Below are positions 51,201 to 52,538 of a stretch of DNA of 52,538 nt, piece by piece. Under the pieces are notes generated by a model. It saw only the letters and a program-made list of their open reading frames with translations, did no database searches and was not told the origin of the DNA. Position numbers and translations under genes: made by a program. The stretch is from contig MQRK01204900.1 of NCBI GenBank assembly GCA_001938485.1, forward strand, positions 1-52,538, given 5' to 3'. Origin of the DNA: Girardia tigrina. Taxonomy: Eukaryota. Within the stretch, counting starts at the first letter, position 1; every line of letters begins with the position of its first letter.

Positions 51201-51339
51201 TAAAAAGTCTTTCGTGTTCTACATTTAACTAAAAAATAATCGATTAATTATAGATATAGGAGTATTTCAAACACAGAGAAACCGAATAACTTAATACATT
51301 TCTATCTTACAGACTTCAATAATAGTCGTGATTATAATT
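45246..51339 (+). CDS. probable downstream exons of the Rab-effector gene (low-complexity linker); gene may continue past the window
   Basis: Phase-compatible exons 45246-45329, 48857-48915/48935-49154, 50029-50133, 50190-50248, 50401-50410 (or to stop 50421), 51313-51339, most with GTAAG/GTGAG/GTAAA donors and pyrimidine-rich acceptors. Confidence 0.55.
46340..48200 (-). mobile_element. deleted Ty3/Gypsy element (gag, zinc knuckle, RNase H, integrase pieces)
   Basis: ..CACA followed by PBS-like TGGTGACTAACG at ~48174; gag VEKFIEECEKFF; CRNCEKVGHTSETC; IGAVLSQ..VIAY..YCITRKELLA; SPYHHNTKGIIERQFRTI; PPT-like GGGGGTGGA at ~46380; paired LTRs not resolved. Confidence 0.85.
50759..51190. mobile_element. 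MITE with 22-bp TIRs and many subterminal GTGATACTA repeats
   Basis: GGATATCACCAAATAGTATCAC / GTGATACTAATTGACGATATCC; GTGATACTA recurs in both orientations; no clear TSD. Confidence 0.75.
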
Positions 51340-52538
51340 GTAAGAATTTTCCATAAATAATTAATAAGACGAACTATTATTAATTATTTTTTTGTTTATT
51401 TTTTGTTTATTTAAACAAAAAACCTCAAGATACTCAATTCAGAATATTTTGAATCCATTATTATAATATTGTAAATGTTCTCTAATTATAGTAAAAATAA
51501 TGTAGATATAAATATAGTTATTTATCCTTACAATAATAATGTGATTTTTGTTGATAAAATAAAATAAAATTTGATCGTTTTTAGTTAAATGTAGAACATC
51601 AAAGACTTTCTGAACACCATGTTTATATATAATTAAAATATTTGTCCTATTAAATCAAGTTATAAATTAAAATAACATTTCTGTTAAATTAATTTATTAA
51701 TTAAGCAATTAAAATACGAACTACATTAAATTATTTCAAAATATAAAGAAAAAGTTTATTAATAATGAAACAAAAAATCTCTTAATAATAAAATTGTCTT
51801 CTTTTTATCCTCGGATTTTTCTTTAACGTTTTCCGATAATTAGTAACTGTTAAATCAGATTTTTTCATTTTACAAATCATCAAATATTCTTATTTAATTT
51901 TCTAAATAGATTTAACCTTAGTTTTTTTTTCAAGTTTTATGTTGCTTTTTCATCATTTATTGAAGCAATTTGCAAAATCTTGACATTTTTGTTGACCACA
52001 CATTTTAAAAAATTTTATAGTCGGTTTTGCTTTTAAAATTATTGCTTCGTTTTAGAAACATTTATTTATTAGGTTCTATTTATTCGCATATATGTTTTTG
52101 GATTTGTCTTAATAAAGACCCGACCTTGGAAAAACTAGCCTACGTTCCTTTTATATCTCTGTTTCACGGGCCCATGTCTTGTCGTTAAACCTCTGGTTAC
52201 TATGAAATATTTTCATTAACATTAAGTCTTTATGAAAACTAATGGATTTTTATAGATTTATTCTCTGATATTTTTGTACTTATAAAGTTCACACGACCCA
52301 GATAATTATTAATATAGTTATTTATAATTCTTCTGCAATTAAAGCACAGTACATTTAGAGAATACATTGTGAATATGAGGGGTTAATTTTAAATTTTTAT
52401 CTCACCTGAATAGTTTATTATTTTTTTTTGATTTAAAGGGTAAAATATTTTTATGTTAATTGGCTTACTAAATATTTTAAAAATTAAAAATTATATAAGA
52501 AAAGAAAATCATAAAAAAGTAAAATATTTATTTAAAAA

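Overview
Very AT-rich eukaryotic (almost certainly animal) genomic DNA with three N gaps; prokaryotic feature types (CRISPR, operons) are absent. The window is mostly decayed transposable elements: piggyBac (a transposase pseudogene plus two TTAA-flanked mini-elements), a nested Ty3/Gypsy stack (4615-13485), a non-autonomous short-LTR Gypsy (14845-16616), a full-length decayed pogo, a hAT/ZMYM-type fragment, a Penelope-like RT, two maT/DD37D-type copies, a mariner and a MITE. One host gene is clear: a + strand multi-exon Rab-effector (Slp/Slac2/rabphilin-type Rab-binding domain, SHD1-zinc finger-SGQW) starting at 30706, whose introns hold many of the TEs. Best leads: (1) two inverted copies, 9 kb apart, of a mini coding segment VPPDPQ(I/V)(A/V)PRIGRR-stop with mostly synonymous differences, resembling a PRXamide neuropeptide precursor end; (2) two Gypsy elements sharing a non-TGG 12-nt primer-site motif that abuts the gag ATG; (3) a 5S-rRNA-derived SINE-like element; (4) tandem splice donors flanking a stop and a possible 19-nt intron in the Rab-effector gene. 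All calls were made by eye; no database searches were run.
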